DNA of 64,000 nt from Pelagomonas calceolata (GCA_918797485.1 CAKKNE010000002.1:2108001-2172000), one strand, 5' to 3'; positions 52,453 to 62,645 are shown, counted from the stretch's first letter. Notes: generated by a model not told the origin, from the sequence alone. Made by a program: numbers and translations.

Positions 52453-52995
52453 ATGGCTCTCCGTCTCACAACCCTCCTGCTGATCTGCACACGAATACGC
52501 GCCTTCGCACCCGCCCGACCACTCGCCACGAAGCGCAGCGCCTTCGCACCCGCCCGACCACTGAAGCGCAGCACGCGACTCCACGCCGTGCCCTCCGTGC
52601 AAAAGCGCGGCGGCGACGCGATGATCCTCACGGCGCTGAGCGTCTGGCAGGCGCTGCTGCGCGCGCCCTGGGCCACGGACCCCGACGCTTATTTGACGGT
52701 GGACTTCGAGGGGGCGGTCATCCGCGGCAGCCGCCTCGCATTGTGTTTGTACATCGCGGAGAAAGTTTTTAAAGCGCTGCGGGCGCCGGAGAGCGTGCGC
52801 GAGGTGCCTGTGCCGGTCGAGGCCGCGGCCGTCGCGCTGCTGCTCAACCTCGGGATCGAGTACACGCTCTGCACCTGCCCGCTGCCGGACGCGCTCGCGC
52901 ACTCGGTCGGCGGCTCGCCGGCGGACGTCGCGACGACGTACCTCACGATCGTCGCGTGGCGGATCATCTACGCGAGCAGGAGCGGGCGGATGTAA
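52453..52995 (+). CDS. Hypothetical membrane protein, probably plastid-targeted
   Basis: Signal peptide plus RAFAP motif; hydrophobic segments. Confidence 0.65.
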   Translation: MALRLTTLLLICTRIRAFAPARPLATKRSAFAPARPLKRSTRLHAVPSVQKRGGDAMILTALSVWQALLRAPWATDPDAYLTVDFEGAVIRGSRLALCLYIAEKVFKALRAPESVREVPVPVEAAAVALLLNLGIEYTLCTCPLPDALAHSVGGSPADVATTYLTIVAWRIIYASRSGRM

Positions 52996-53014
52996 AATAT
53001 TTGTACTAATAATA

Positions 53015-53899
53015 CTACTTTGATATGTCGAGGAGCGGCGACGACGCCACGGCCGTCTTCGAGATGGCCATGGGCCGCGCGGTGTACGCGAGCCGGCCGG
53101 CCTCTGTCGCGAGCTTGAAGGCGCGCGCCATCGCCGGCGCGTCGTCGGCGCGCGCGACGGCCGAGTTCGCCAGCACCGCGTCGGCGCCGAGCTCCATCGC
53201 CAGGGCCGCATCCGACGGGCACCTGAGTCCCGCGTCGACGACGACGGGCACGCCCGCCTGCTCGACGATGACGCCGATGCACGACGACGCGTCGATGCCC
53301 TGGCCCGAGCCGATCGGCGAGCCCAGGGGCATGACCGTGGCACACCCAATGTCCTCGAGATGTCGACACAGGACCGGGTCCGGCGAGCAGTACGGGAGCA
53401 CGGCGAAGCCCTCCTTTACGAGTTGTCTAGCCGCGGCCAGCGTCCCCACGGGGTCCGGTAGTAGGTACGTCGAGTCCGTGATGACCTCGAGCTTCACAAA
53501 GTTGTTGTCGTCCTGGCCCAGGGTTTTTGCTACTTCTCTTCCTAGACGCGCGACCCTCACAGCGTCTTCCGCGGTCGTGCACCCGGCCGTGTTCGGCAGC
53601 AGCCAGACCTTGTTCCAGTCGATGGACGTCTCCAGCATGCTCGTGACGGCGCCCTCGACGCGGCGCACCGCGACGGTCACGACCTCGGCCTCGGACGCCG
53701 CGATGGAATCGGCCATGTCCTGCGCGGTCTTGTACTTGCCCGTGCCCAGGAACAGGCGCGAGTTGAACGTCTTGCCGGCGATCACGAGCTGGTCGTTGCT
53801 CGGTGGTGCCACTGTCAGTGGGCTGCGGCGCGTCGCCGTGGCCGAGAGGGCGCTGGCGGCGCTGAGCAGGCTCAGGGTGGCGAGGCGGCGCGGCATCAT
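53015..53899 (-). CDS. thiG: Thiazole synthase with bipartite plastid presequence
   Basis: [42 protein letters not shown] and [10 protein letters not shown]. Confidence 0.96.
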   Translation of the reverse strand: MMPRRLATLSLLSAASALSATATRRSPLTVAPPSNDQLVIAGKTFNSRLFLGTGKYKTAQDMADSIAASEAEVVTVAVRRVEGAVTSMLETSIDWNKVWLLPNTAGCTTAEDAVRVARLGREVAKTLGQDDNNFVKLEVITDSTYLLPDPVGTLAAARQLVKEGFAVLPYCSPDPVLCRHLEDIGCATVMPLGSPIGSGQGIDASSCIGVIVEQAGVPVVVDAGLRCPSDAALAMELGADAVLANSAVARADDAPAMARAFKLATEAGRLAYTARPMAISKTAVASSPLLDISK

Positions 53900-54250
53900 C
53901 CGTCGAGTCGTTCTGTGGCTGTCGCGGCGTACCGATGCGATGTTCTGGGCGCTCGTCTAGGTTATACCGAATTGCTCGCGGCCTGTTTTAACAGCCAGCT
54001 CTGGACTGCAGCGAGCTGGAGCCAAGAGCACAGCTCACAAACGCGGCGCAGGCGTGCCTACGCTAATCTACACGCCCGCAGTGGTCCTCACGACTCACAA
54101 CAGGACGCTACAGAGGAACGAAGAGACGCAACGCCTCGCCGCACAGCCTGCACACTCTCCTTGAGCAGTGGTGCTTGTTGAGGACTCAGCGCGCCACACC
54201 TCCGGAGCAGTGGTGCTTGTCGAGGACTCGTAGCCCCCGAGACGTTTGCA

Positions 54251-55315
54251 ATGATGCGCCTCGGCCTCACCTTAACCGTGCTGCGCTCGGCGCGCGCGCT
54301 GCGGCAGCTCACGCGACGGCACGCCAGTGCGAGTGCAGGCGAGAAGAAGCGCGTCGTCTTCCTGGGCAGCCCGGGCGTCGCGGCGCTTACCCTAGGACGC
54401 TTGCTCGACGCCGATTCCAATTTCGAGGTCGTCGCGGCCGTGAGCCAGCCGCCCGCCCCGAAGGGTCGCAAGCGCGTCCTGCAGCCCTGCGAGGTGCAGG
54501 CTTTAGCCGAGGAGCGCGGCCTACGATGCCTGACGCCGGCGAAGGCGCGCGATCCGGACTTTCTGGACGAGCTTTCAGCATTAAAACCGGACGTGTGCGT
54601 GACGGCGGCCTATGGGCAATTCCTGCCCAAGAGCTTTTTGAGCATACCATCGCTGGGCACGCTAAACATCCACCCTTCGTTACTCCCGCGGTGGCGCGGC
54701 GCGGCGCCGGTGCAGCGGTCTCTGGAAAATGGCGACGAGAAAGTGGGCGTCACTGTTTTACAAACGGTCCTGAAGATGGACGCCGGCCCCATCGCCGCTC
54801 AAAGTGTACCTAGACCCGTCACGGAGGGCGACACGGCCGCGACTTTACTCGACGAGTTGTTTAACGAGGGCTGCGACCTGCTCATAAATGACGTGCTCCC
54901 TTCACTGTTCGACGGGTCGCTTGAAATGCGGGAACAAAATGACGATGACGTGACGGAGGCGCCCAAACTCACGAAGGACGAGGGCTTTCTGAACATACAC
55001 GAGTCTCCGGACGCGCGGTCCGTCGCGGAGGCGTGCCGCGATAAAGTGAGAGCCTTCGCGCCTTGGCCGGGCACGTTCCTCAACGTCCGGGCGGGCGACG
55101 CGGCGTATCGGCTGAAGGTGCTCGAGGCGCGTATTGGTGATGCCGTTGACGGTGTGAGCTACCGCAAGCCGGCACTCTCAATACCGTGCGCGGACGGCTC
55201 TGTTTTGGATTTGTTGAGGGTGCAGCCGCCGAACAAGAAGGCGATGGACGCGGCGTCGTTCTGGAACGGGCTGCGCGGGGCGGAGCTGGAGTTTTTGGGG
55301 CTCGAGGACCCATGA
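54251..55315 (+). CDS. fmt: Organellar methionyl-tRNA formyltransferase
   Basis: VVFLGSP, TAAYGQFLP, NIHPSLLPRWRGAAPVQ, MDAGPI and VRAFAPWPG. Confidence 0.95.
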   Translation: MMRLGLTLTVLRSARALRQLTRRHASASAGEKKRVVFLGSPGVAALTLGRLLDADSNFEVVAAVSQPPAPKGRKRVLQPCEVQALAEERGLRCLTPAKARDPDFLDELSALKPDVCVTAAYGQFLPKSFLSIPSLGTLNIHPSLLPRWRGAAPVQRSLENGDEKVGVTVLQTVLKMDAGPIAAQSVPRPVTEGDTAATLLDELFNEGCDLLINDVLPSLFDGSLEMREQNDDDVTEAPKLTKDEGFLNIHESPDARSVAEACRDKVRAFAPWPGTFLNVRAGDAAYRLKVLEARIGDAVDGVSYRKPALSIPCADGSVLDLLRVQPPNKKAMDAASFWNGLRGAELEFLGLEDP

Positions 55316-55335
55316 TAAACTGACAAAATTTAGTA

Positions 55336-55770
55336 CTAGGGCCTCGTCGCGTTCAGAGGCGTCACGCTCCCGTGATTGTGCCGCCTTCTAGGACTCACGA
55401 GCACGGCGAACAACGTCGCGGAGAAGAGCGCCAGCAGCACTAAAGCCGCGAGCTTGTGCGTCGGCGCGCTCCGGTACGCGTACTGCGCCTGCCTCCGGCC
55501 GCGGTCCCCGGCCGCGCCGTAAATTTTGCGGGCAACGGCCGCGAACGCCGTGCTCCGCGAGGCCGGCGGCCGCGCCGCGTAGCGCCTTTCATACCTCACC
55601 TGGTCGAAGGTCGTGTCCTGGGCGCAGTTCAGCACCCACGCCGGCTCGGGCAGCGCATCAGTCATCTCGATGGCCGCGCAGCCGGGGTCCGCGCAGGCGT
55701 TGGAGGTGCAGAGCGCCTGGCGCGCCTCGTCGTCGTCGAGGTCGTCGGCGTATTCCAGTGGTTTGTCCAT
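55336..55770 (-). CDS. Hypothetical single-TM protein
   Basis: 144-aa ORF, GC3-rich, with a C-terminal hydrophobic helix; convergent with fmt. Confidence 0.6.
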   Translation of the reverse strand: MDKPLEYADDLDDDEARQALCTSNACADPGCAAIEMTDALPEPAWVLNCAQDTTFDQVRYERRYAARPPASRSTAFAAVARKIYGAAGDRGRRQAQYAYRSAPTHKLAALVLLALFSATLFAVLVSPRRRHNHGSVTPLNATRP

Positions 55771-56054
55771 TGCTTTGTCCTGTACTGCGGCGTGCTCCCT
55801 GTTTTAGCCTTTGGGAGCACCACCGCACGAGCTAGGCTGCCGCTGCGTCGTCGCTAGCGCTGTACGCTTCAAAATAAGAAGCTGCGGTGCTGGTAGCGCG
55901 AGACGCCTTCCAAGCAACCAGTTGTTTTGCGGTGGGCAAAAGCGTCTTCTAGCGTATAAGCCCTCTAGGCCTGCGAACGCCGTCCGCCCCCATACGCCGT
56001 CGCCCCGAGTGTTAGCTTTTTCACATAACTTCATATACGCGAGGGGGAGCGAAC

Positions 56055-57236
56055 CTAGCGGCACTTCGCCAAGCACCGATCAATCCCGTCCTCCTCGAAC
56101 TCGCGTTTCGACATCCAGAACTCGCTCCGCTCGCGCATGATGTCAGCCAAGACTGAACCACCCAAGAACACCAAGTGCTTCCTGCGGGGCGGGTCCTCGA
56201 TGCGGAGCTTGAACTTTTTCAGGCGGTCCTCGTTGCCGTTCAGCACTTCGGCGAGGTAGCGCTGTGTGATGTCCCTCTCCAATCTAGAAGGTAAGCCGGG
56301 GTACATGGACGAACCACCCGATAACACTATATGCTTGTAGTACTCGGCCCGCGTGTCGATATCGGCCGACTGGATCATATCAAACACCAGATGGCCCATG
56401 CCCTTGGACTCGACATCGATGAGCGAAGGATCAAACAAGCACTCCGGCGCCTCGAAGCGTTCTCTTCCGAGCTTGATGACTCGGCCATCTGGTAGGGTGT
56501 GCGTCGTTTCTAGGACGGTCGTCTCCTGGGCGAGTCTACGTTCAATGTTCACGTCGTGCGCCACGTAGCAGAACTTCTCCTTGATCTGGCGCACGGTTTC
56601 GAAATCAGCAGTACGGTTAAAAGCGTAGCCCCTCAGTAACAAGAGTTTGATGAGGTACCTCGTAACATGTCGGCCCGCGACGTCTAATCTCCTAATCAAG
56701 TTTTGCGGGACGAATCCGTCGAAGACCGGTACGACGTGCGTCACGCCGTCGCCCGTGTCGACGACACACCCAGTAAGTAACCCTTGAGCGTACAGAGTAA
56801 GCATCGCTTGGATCGACACGTTGCAGTGCCCGAACCCGTACAACTCGAACATGGCCGTCACCAGCTTCTTCCGATTCGCCAACGGGTTCATGGGCGGCTC
56901 CGTGAGCATGATCTTGTAGTCCTTGGGGTCAATACCGAGCTTCTCATAAAACGTATAGTTCCACAGTAACTCCATGTCGTCCCAGTCCTTGACGATGCCG
57001 TTTTCTACTGGATACGAGCAGTCGAGGGACATGCGGACCGCAGCCGCCTCGTCGCCGCACATGACCTCCTTGAGCGTGACGTCCTCGGAGATGGCCTCCT
57101 CGGCCCGCAGGATGGGGCGGCCGACCATGGACGGGAAGATGCTCCTCGGGAAATTTTCTGAGGCATACCCTACTTTGACAAATCCAGTACCGTTGTCGCA
57201 GACGACGCAGTGGCTGTCGCCGAGCGACGCGGCCAT
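56055..57236 (-). CDS. ARP2: Actin-related protein 2
   Basis: [43 protein letters not shown] and [15 protein letters not shown]. Confidence 0.96.
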   Translation of the reverse strand: MAASLGDSHCVVCDNGTGFVKVGYASENFPRSIFPSMVGRPILRAEEAISEDVTLKEVMCGDEAAAVRMSLDCSYPVENGIVKDWDDMELLWNYTFYEKLGIDPKDYKIMLTEPPMNPLANRKKLVTAMFELYGFGHCNVSIQAMLTLYAQGLLTGCVVDTGDGVTHVVPVFDGFVPQNLIRRLDVAGRHVTRYLIKLLLLRGYAFNRTADFETVRQIKEKFCYVAHDVNIERRLAQETTVLETTHTLPDGRVIKLGRERFEAPECLFDPSLIDVESKGMGHLVFDMIQSADIDTRAEYYKHIVLSGGSSMYPGLPSRLERDITQRYLAEVLNGNEDRLKKFKLRIEDPPRRKHLVFLGGSVLADIMRERSEFWMSKREFEEDGIDRCLAKCR

Positions 57237-57405
57237 GGCTGGCTGCCGCGGCGGCGGGCGTGTAAAGCTCCGGCGCGCGCGGCGCGGCCCGTTTCGCGGC
57301 AGGCCAGCGAGCGGGAGAGAGGACGCGTTTCGCTGGCAGGTTTGTCGCAAACCGCAGTGTGTCCCGCTACCGCAGGGCTCGGTCAAATCCGCGCAAATTG
57401 CTGGA

Positions 57406-57429
57406 GCTAGCGGACTGTAAGTCACTAGC
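57406..57429 (+). promoter_or_regulatory. 24-bp CTAG-bounded motif
   Basis: GCTAGCGGACTGTAAGTCACTAGC. Confidence 0.7.
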
Positions 57430-57631
57430 GAGCAAGCAGGGTTAGGGGTTCTGTCTCAGCACCGTAAAATCAGAGTATAGGGGTTTCACCGAGGCCGTTC
57501 TACTCACCACCAAGGCGTGCTATCAACGAAAGACGCAGCCCAGATTAGTCCCAGCACCGCGCCACCAGCAGAGGCGACCCGCACGTCTGATGAGTACAAA
57601 TTATGTTACGCCCGATCGATCAACCCCAAAA

Positions 57632-58531
57632 CTACCCCTTACCGCCGCCGCCGACGATCGACCGGACCTCGGTCAAACAGGCCGTGTACTTGTCCGGCTG
57701 GATGTACAGGTCGTAGCCGATGCCCGTCAGAAAGAACTTCTCCATGGCGTTCACGGCCTCCAGCTCTAAAGTTTGCCCAGGCAAGGCGCAGCGCCACGCG
57801 ACGGTAAAATCGATATTCCGCAGGCACCGGTCGTCCCAGTACTTCTGGCTGATCATGAGCGCTGTGAGCAAATACCGCCGCCACGTCCGGTCCGTCAATT
57901 TCAGCGAGGGCTGGTAGGCGAAGAACCGAATAAGTAAGATCAACGCGATGACGTTGCACTCCGGCGTATACCGACAGATCTTCGCCATATCTCTCAAGAA
58001 AGATCTAATAGTAGCCAAGTTCGGCTCCGCCGCGACACTATCTTCGAAGGCCTGCACCGTTTTTTCAGGTGGCTGGTCCTCGACCTCGGCTCGTGCTCGC
58101 ATCATGAACTCTAGCAGAGCTGCGATACCCGCCAAGATCTCGGACCAGTTCGCTTGCTGGAGCAAGCGCGGGTCCACGTTCGCGTTGACGCCGATCGCGC
58201 GCAAACCCTCCTCCGCCGCGGGTGCGGTTGCTGTTTTTGTCCGTTTCGGCGACGGCGCGCTCGGCGCGTCGTCCGGAGATCTCCGCTTCGCGGAGTGCGT
58301 CGACGACGGCGCGGAGGCGGGCGAGGGCACGGCCGGCGGCGCCTCGGGTGGGGGAGCGGGCGGCGCGATGGCCGCGCGCGCGGCCTGGGCGTCGCCCTCG
58401 AGCGTCCAGCCGCCGATTTCCGTTTCCCAGTCGACGACGGACGCCGGCACGGGCCCGTCCGTCGCCTCGGCCTCCCAGAACTCGAGGCGCTCCTCGCAGC
58501 GCAGGGCTTGGAGGTCGGTTTCGTGGACCAT
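57632..58531 (-). CDS. Cyclin (cyclin Y / P-U type)
   Basis: ECNVIALILLIR, WRRYLLTALMISQKYWDD...NIDF and NAMEKFFL...YDLYI. Confidence 0.85.
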   Translation of the reverse strand: MVHETDLQALRCEERLEFWEAEATDGPVPASVVDWETEIGGWTLEGDAQAARAAIAPPAPPPEAPPAVPSPASAPSSTHSAKRRSPDDAPSAPSPKRTKTATAPAAEEGLRAIGVNANVDPRLLQQANWSEILAGIAALLEFMMRARAEVEDQPPEKTVQAFEDSVAAEPNLATIRSFLRDMAKICRYTPECNVIALILLIRFFAYQPSLKLTDRTWRRYLLTALMISQKYWDDRCLRNIDFTVAWRCALPGQTLELEAVNAMEKFFLTGIGYDLYIQPDKYTACLTEVRSIVGGGGKG

Positions 58532-58867
58532 GGTTGTTGTTTGTTGCGAGCGAACGGGCGGGCGACAGCGGGGGAGCAAGCTATGTACAGGGGGGGCGCC
58601 GCGGCGTTCCTATCGTCGCGGCGGCGCTACAGCACTGTTTCAGGCACAGCGCGGGCGGCGCCGTTTCTCGGGCGTCGGCGGCGTCACCACACACTGTTTC
58701 CCATGCAAGGAGGGGCACAGGTTTTTGAGGCCGCTGGCACTTCGCGCGGCGCGGGGGCGCCAGGCAGCTGGCCTTCGAGGACAGATAGAACTCTGGAGTC
58801 TCCCAAGAGAGTGGCTTGTACCGGTATCGCGGGACTTCAGCAGGACTTGTCTCAGAGATTTTCATTG

Positions 58868-58891
58868 GCTAGTGTCTTGCATGTCGCTAGC
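58868..58891 (-). promoter_or_regulatory. 24-bp CTAG-bounded motif
   Basis: GCTAGTGTCTTGCATGTCGCTAGC. Confidence 0.7.
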
Positions 58892-58911
58892 TAACTTTTG
58901 ACCAAAAAACG

Positions 58912-60191
58912 ATGAGTACGCCGACTAAAACGCCCGGGCTACCGCAAGGTATCATTACGCCTTCGTGCGACATAACTCCGACGCGCGAAACCGCCCGCGA
59001 GGACGCCGCGTACGACGATTTTGCCTTGACCCAAAACGACTGCTCCGAGGCGCCGCGAGACGACGCGGCGCCGTCCTCGGCGCCCGCGGTAAGCGTTGAG
59101 CCCGCGTACGACGGCGCCGAGCCGTCGCCCTCCTCGCCCTTCACCTACGACGGCGACGGCGACCGCGCCGAGCCCGCGGGCGGTTTCAACTCTTTCGATC
59201 CGTTCCCGGGAATCCCGGCGCCGACCAAGCCGGAGGAGGTTCACGAGGCCGCCGCCGCCGAGCCAGAGACGGCGGACGACGACGCGCCGGCGACGCGCGC
59301 GCTCAGCACGCTGAGCCTCGTCGGAGATGACCTGGACCCCTACGCCGGCGCGGAAGAAGAGGACCTCGACGGCGTCGACTCGATCCTGGACGCCATCCTC
59401 GGCGAGGAGGAGGAGGGCCGCACGCCGTCGCCGCCGCCCATAAATAGGGAAGGCGAGGCCTGGGCCGAGGTCGCGCGCTTGCGGCGCCAGGTCGCGTCCC
59501 TGACACGCCTTCGGGACGCCGTCGACCGCTCGCTCGACGCCGACCGGGCGTGCGCCCAACGCCTCCGCGTCGACACCCTCGAGGTCCGGAAACTGCGGCG
59601 CGAGCCTGTGCGGAAATCAAATTTCAGGCGCCCCACGCCATCGGCGCGATGATGCCTCCGTAGCTACATCTGCGTGGAGTTTCCAGGCCATCGACGCGAT
59701 CATCGTCGCGATGTTGTCCCCGTGATCGCGACGGCTCGATGGGATGGAGGTTCAGAAACTAAGTCACTGGTTGATTTCCCCACAGGCGCGCGCTCCGTGG
59801 CCTGCGGCAGCTCCACCGCGCCTACGCGGAGCGCGACCAGAACGCGCGCCAGGTCCGCGCGTTGATCCAAGCGGAGCGCGAGCAGCGGGTGTTGCTCGAG
59901 GAGGCGACGTTGCGAGAATGCGCCGCGTACGAACGCGGCGTCAACGACGCGGAGCGCGCGCTCCTCGAGCCCACTGTGCGGAAGCAGATCCGCGCGGAGC
60001 GGCGGGAGCGGCCCGCGGAGGCTGTATCAGCCGCCGTCCGGCGCGCGTGCCTCCAGGCCGTGGGCGTCGGCGTGCTCGTCGGCGCGACCGTCTACTACTT
60101 CCACGACGACGGCACCGATTTCCAGGTGCCCGCGCGCGTCGCGCACCACGTCGAGCTCGCGCTCACGCACGCGAAACTAGCGCTTTCATAA
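58912..60191 (+). CDS. Hypothetical acidic/coiled-coil protein with C-terminal TM; exons 58912-59597 and 59786-60191
   Basis: Removing the GC-AG introner joins two ORFs (KLR/RALRG...LIQAERE; 1092 nt). Confidence 0.7.
59598..59793 (+). mobile_element. Introner 6: element 59606-59785, GC-AG intron 59598-59785
   Basis: TIRs CTGTGCGGAAATCAA / TTGATTTCCCCACAG; TSD GCGCGAGC / GCGCGCGC. Confidence 0.9.
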
Positions 60192-60200
60192 TAAACTAAC

Positions 60201-61553
60201 TTACAAGGGAGCATCCTTCCCGGACGCGGCGAAGGCGCGGCGCCACTGGTCCTCGCGCCGCGTCGAGCGCTCGAGTTTCGTCAAAGCCACGACCAACTGC
60301 TTCTCCAACGCATCATATTGCCGGCGGAGCTCGATCGGCACCGCCCGCTTCGCGGCGACGGCGTTGTCCCGCTCCAGGATCGCGACATCCCGCGCCGCGA
60401 CGGCCGTCTGCGCCTGCTGCGCGAGCTGCGCGCAGTGCAGGCGCAGCTCGTCGCTCTCGCGATGGTGCTTCGCGGCGGCCTCCCGCGCGTCGCACTCGAG
60501 CTGGGCGATCCGCTTCCCCAGCTTCTCGCTCTCGGCGGCCGACGCGAGCGACGGCTTCTCCGCCGCCCGCAGCCGCTGCAGGAGCCGCTCGTTCTCAACC
60601 GACGCATTCATCGACGCGGTCTGGAGCACGCCGACGCGCTTCTGCCGCTCCGCGTGCTGGCGCTCGAGGTCGGCGAGGCGCCGCCGGAGCCGCTCGTTCT
60701 CGCCCGCGGCGGCGGCCCGCAGGCCCTCCGTCTCTGCGGCCTTGACGGCCGCGGCGCTCTTGAGCTCGGCGATGCGCTGGCGCAGCATATTGATCTCCTT
60801 CGCGGCGACGGCCTCGTTTTGGGCTGCCGCGGCGCGGCCGTCGGCCGCCTTTTTCGCGTCGACCTGGGCCGCCCGCGCCTGGTCGGTCAGTTTCCTCCGA
60901 CCGGCCGCGCAGCGCTGCTCCAGCGTCGCGTTGGCGGCGCCGAGCTCGGCGACGCGCGCCGTGAGGCGCGCAATTTCATCCGTGGATTCGGCGGCGGCCC
61001 GCTCGAGCGTCTCTATCCGTTTTTGCCGCGCGGCGTCGGCCGCCTCGAGCTCGCCGCCGCGCCGTTTTGCCTTCGCGAGCGCCTCCCGCAGCTTCTCGTT
61101 CTCTCGGCCCACGGGCGCGTCGAGCTCGGCGACGCGCCGTCGTAGGCGTTCGTTCTCGGCCTGCACCAATGCGAGCGTCGCCGGCGACGCCTCGACGTGC
61201 CGTGGTGGCGGCGGCGGCGGGCAGGCGGCGCGGGCGACGGCGTTCGCGGCACTGGGCCCGTCCCAGGCGCAGGCCGCATCCCGCCGCGCCCGCACGTCGA
61301 GCGCCGCCCGCTCCGCCTCGATGGCGGCCACTGCTTTTGCGTGCTTGGCCAGGCGCGCGTGCAGCTCCTCGCTTCGAGAGGTTCGTACGGCCTCGCGGTG
61401 GCGCTGCCCGATGCGGGCCATGAGCTCGTCCCTATCCTCCTGGTCCGCCGGGCTCGGGACGCTCGCACGGGGCAGCGTGTCGTCTTCCCACCGGGCGGGC
61501 ATGGACCTGCTTCGCCTGCCGCCGGACGGTCGCCGGCGTGGGTAGAGGGCCAT
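60201..61553 (-). CDS. Coiled-coil protein
   Basis: Recurrent ENERLRRR/ENEKLR heptad motifs. Confidence 0.7.
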   Translation of the reverse strand: MALYPRRRPSGGRRSRSMPARWEDDTLPRASVPSPADQEDRDELMARIGQRHREAVRTSRSEELHARLAKHAKAVAAIEAERAALDVRARRDAACAWDGPSAANAVARAACPPPPPPRHVEASPATLALVQAENERLRRRVAELDAPVGRENEKLREALAKAKRRGGELEAADAARQKRIETLERAAAESTDEIARLTARVAELGAANATLEQRCAAGRRKLTDQARAAQVDAKKAADGRAAAAQNEAVAAKEINMLRQRIAELKSAAAVKAAETEGLRAAAAGENERLRRRLADLERQHAERQKRVGVLQTASMNASVENERLLQRLRAAEKPSLASAAESEKLGKRIAQLECDAREAAAKHHRESDELRLHCAQLAQQAQTAVAARDVAILERDNAVAAKRAVPIELRRQYDALEKQLVVALTKLERSTRREDQWRRAFAASGKDAPL

Positions 61554-61698
61554 TGCTGCTCGCTCCAATTCAGCCGCGGCTGGTCCTTAGGCAGCACCAA
61601 TTCGAATTATGGCTACCGCGGCGCCTTGCGCAACATCCCGAGATCACAAGGGCAGCAGTTCGGCCGCGTTCGGCGCGAGAGCTTAATCAAATTAGCTT

Positions 61699-61721
61699 GC
61701 TAGTGCCTTAACGACGCTAGC
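61699..61721 (-). promoter_or_regulatory. CTAG-bounded motif (diverged)
   Basis: GCTAGTGCCTTAACGACGCTAGC. Confidence 0.6.
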
Positions 61722-61866
61722 AAGTGATTCCCGCAGAGATATGTAGTAAGTACTTTCCCGTACCACGTTGAGTAAGCCAAACAGTGCAGAAGGCTCTCCG
61801 TAGTATTCCTATATTTTATTCTTTATTATAAGTATGATCGATATAAGTATCCCCAACAGGTATATT

Positions 61867-61889
61867 GCTAGTGTCTTACTGGACGCTAG
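61867..61889 (-). promoter_or_regulatory. 24-bp CTAG-bounded motif
   Basis: GCTAGTGTCTTACTGGACGCTAG. Confidence 0.65.
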
Positions 61890-62018
61890 GTCTCATACCA
61901 GCGCGCCACCAACGGCCTGTGAGCTGTAAGCTGTAGTTCGAGAGACGCCCGCATTCATGCGTAACGAGCAGATCGAAGCGTGCTGTCTCATTTGACGCCT
62001 AGACCGCCCGTACACACA

Positions 62019-62630
62019 ATGGCCCCATCAGAGCCTAAAAAGGAGAAAAAGGAGCGGACCCTCACGGGCCTCCACGTGCGCAAAAATCTGCGCCGCATGG
62101 CCAGCGGCGGCAGCAGCCGAAAAGACGAAGAAGCGGCAAACGAGGACCTGCTTCGCGCCGACCGCGCCGAGGCCGCGGCGGCTGCGGCGGACGCCTGGCT
62201 GTGCGAGGCGCGCCTGGCGCACGGGCGCGAGGTGGCGGCGCGCGCGGCCGCGGATTGCGATAACAGGGACGCGCTCGACCGCGCCGAGGCCGCGACCGTC
62301 GCCGCCACTGCTGCGCTGGAGCTTGAGCGGCGCCGGGCGTGCGTGCTTGCGGACGAGAAGCGCGTGCTCATAGCTGAAGTGAAGCGCCTGCGTGGCGCGG
62401 CCGAGGCCGCGGCGCAGGACGCGGCTGCGGCGCGCGCGGACCGAACGCGCCTCAAGAACGAGCGGCGGGCCCTCGCGAGGGAACTCCAGGCGACACGCAC
62501 GGCGCTCGCGGCGGCCTCGAAGGCGCCACCGCCGCCAGCACCACCGCGCCCACCGCCGCCGCGGCCCCGCGCGTCGTCGTCCGAGGATCCCGAGGACGCC
62601 GTCGTCCTCGAGATGCTGGGGATCTGTTAG
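62019..62630 (+). CDS. Coiled-coil hypothetical protein
   Basis: Ala/Arg/Glu-rich ORF with a convergent stop next to RsfS. Confidence 0.6.
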   Translation: MAPSEPKKEKKERTLTGLHVRKNLRRMASGGSSRKDEEAANEDLLRADRAEAAAAAADAWLCEARLAHGREVAARAAADCDNRDALDRAEAATVAATAALELERRRACVLADEKRVLIAEVKRLRGAAEAAAQDAAAARADRTRLKNERRALARELQATRTALAAASKAPPPPAPPRPPPPRPRASSSEDPEDAVVLEMLGIC

Positions 62631-62645
62631 TAGTTGAATTGTGTG

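Noticed and set aside
53025..53960. Long antisense ORFs (also 22617-23900, 57948-58901, 60364-61545, 44991-45749)
   Set aside because: These are shadow ORFs expected opposite GC3-rich genes; they are Ser/Ala-rich with no recognisable motifs.
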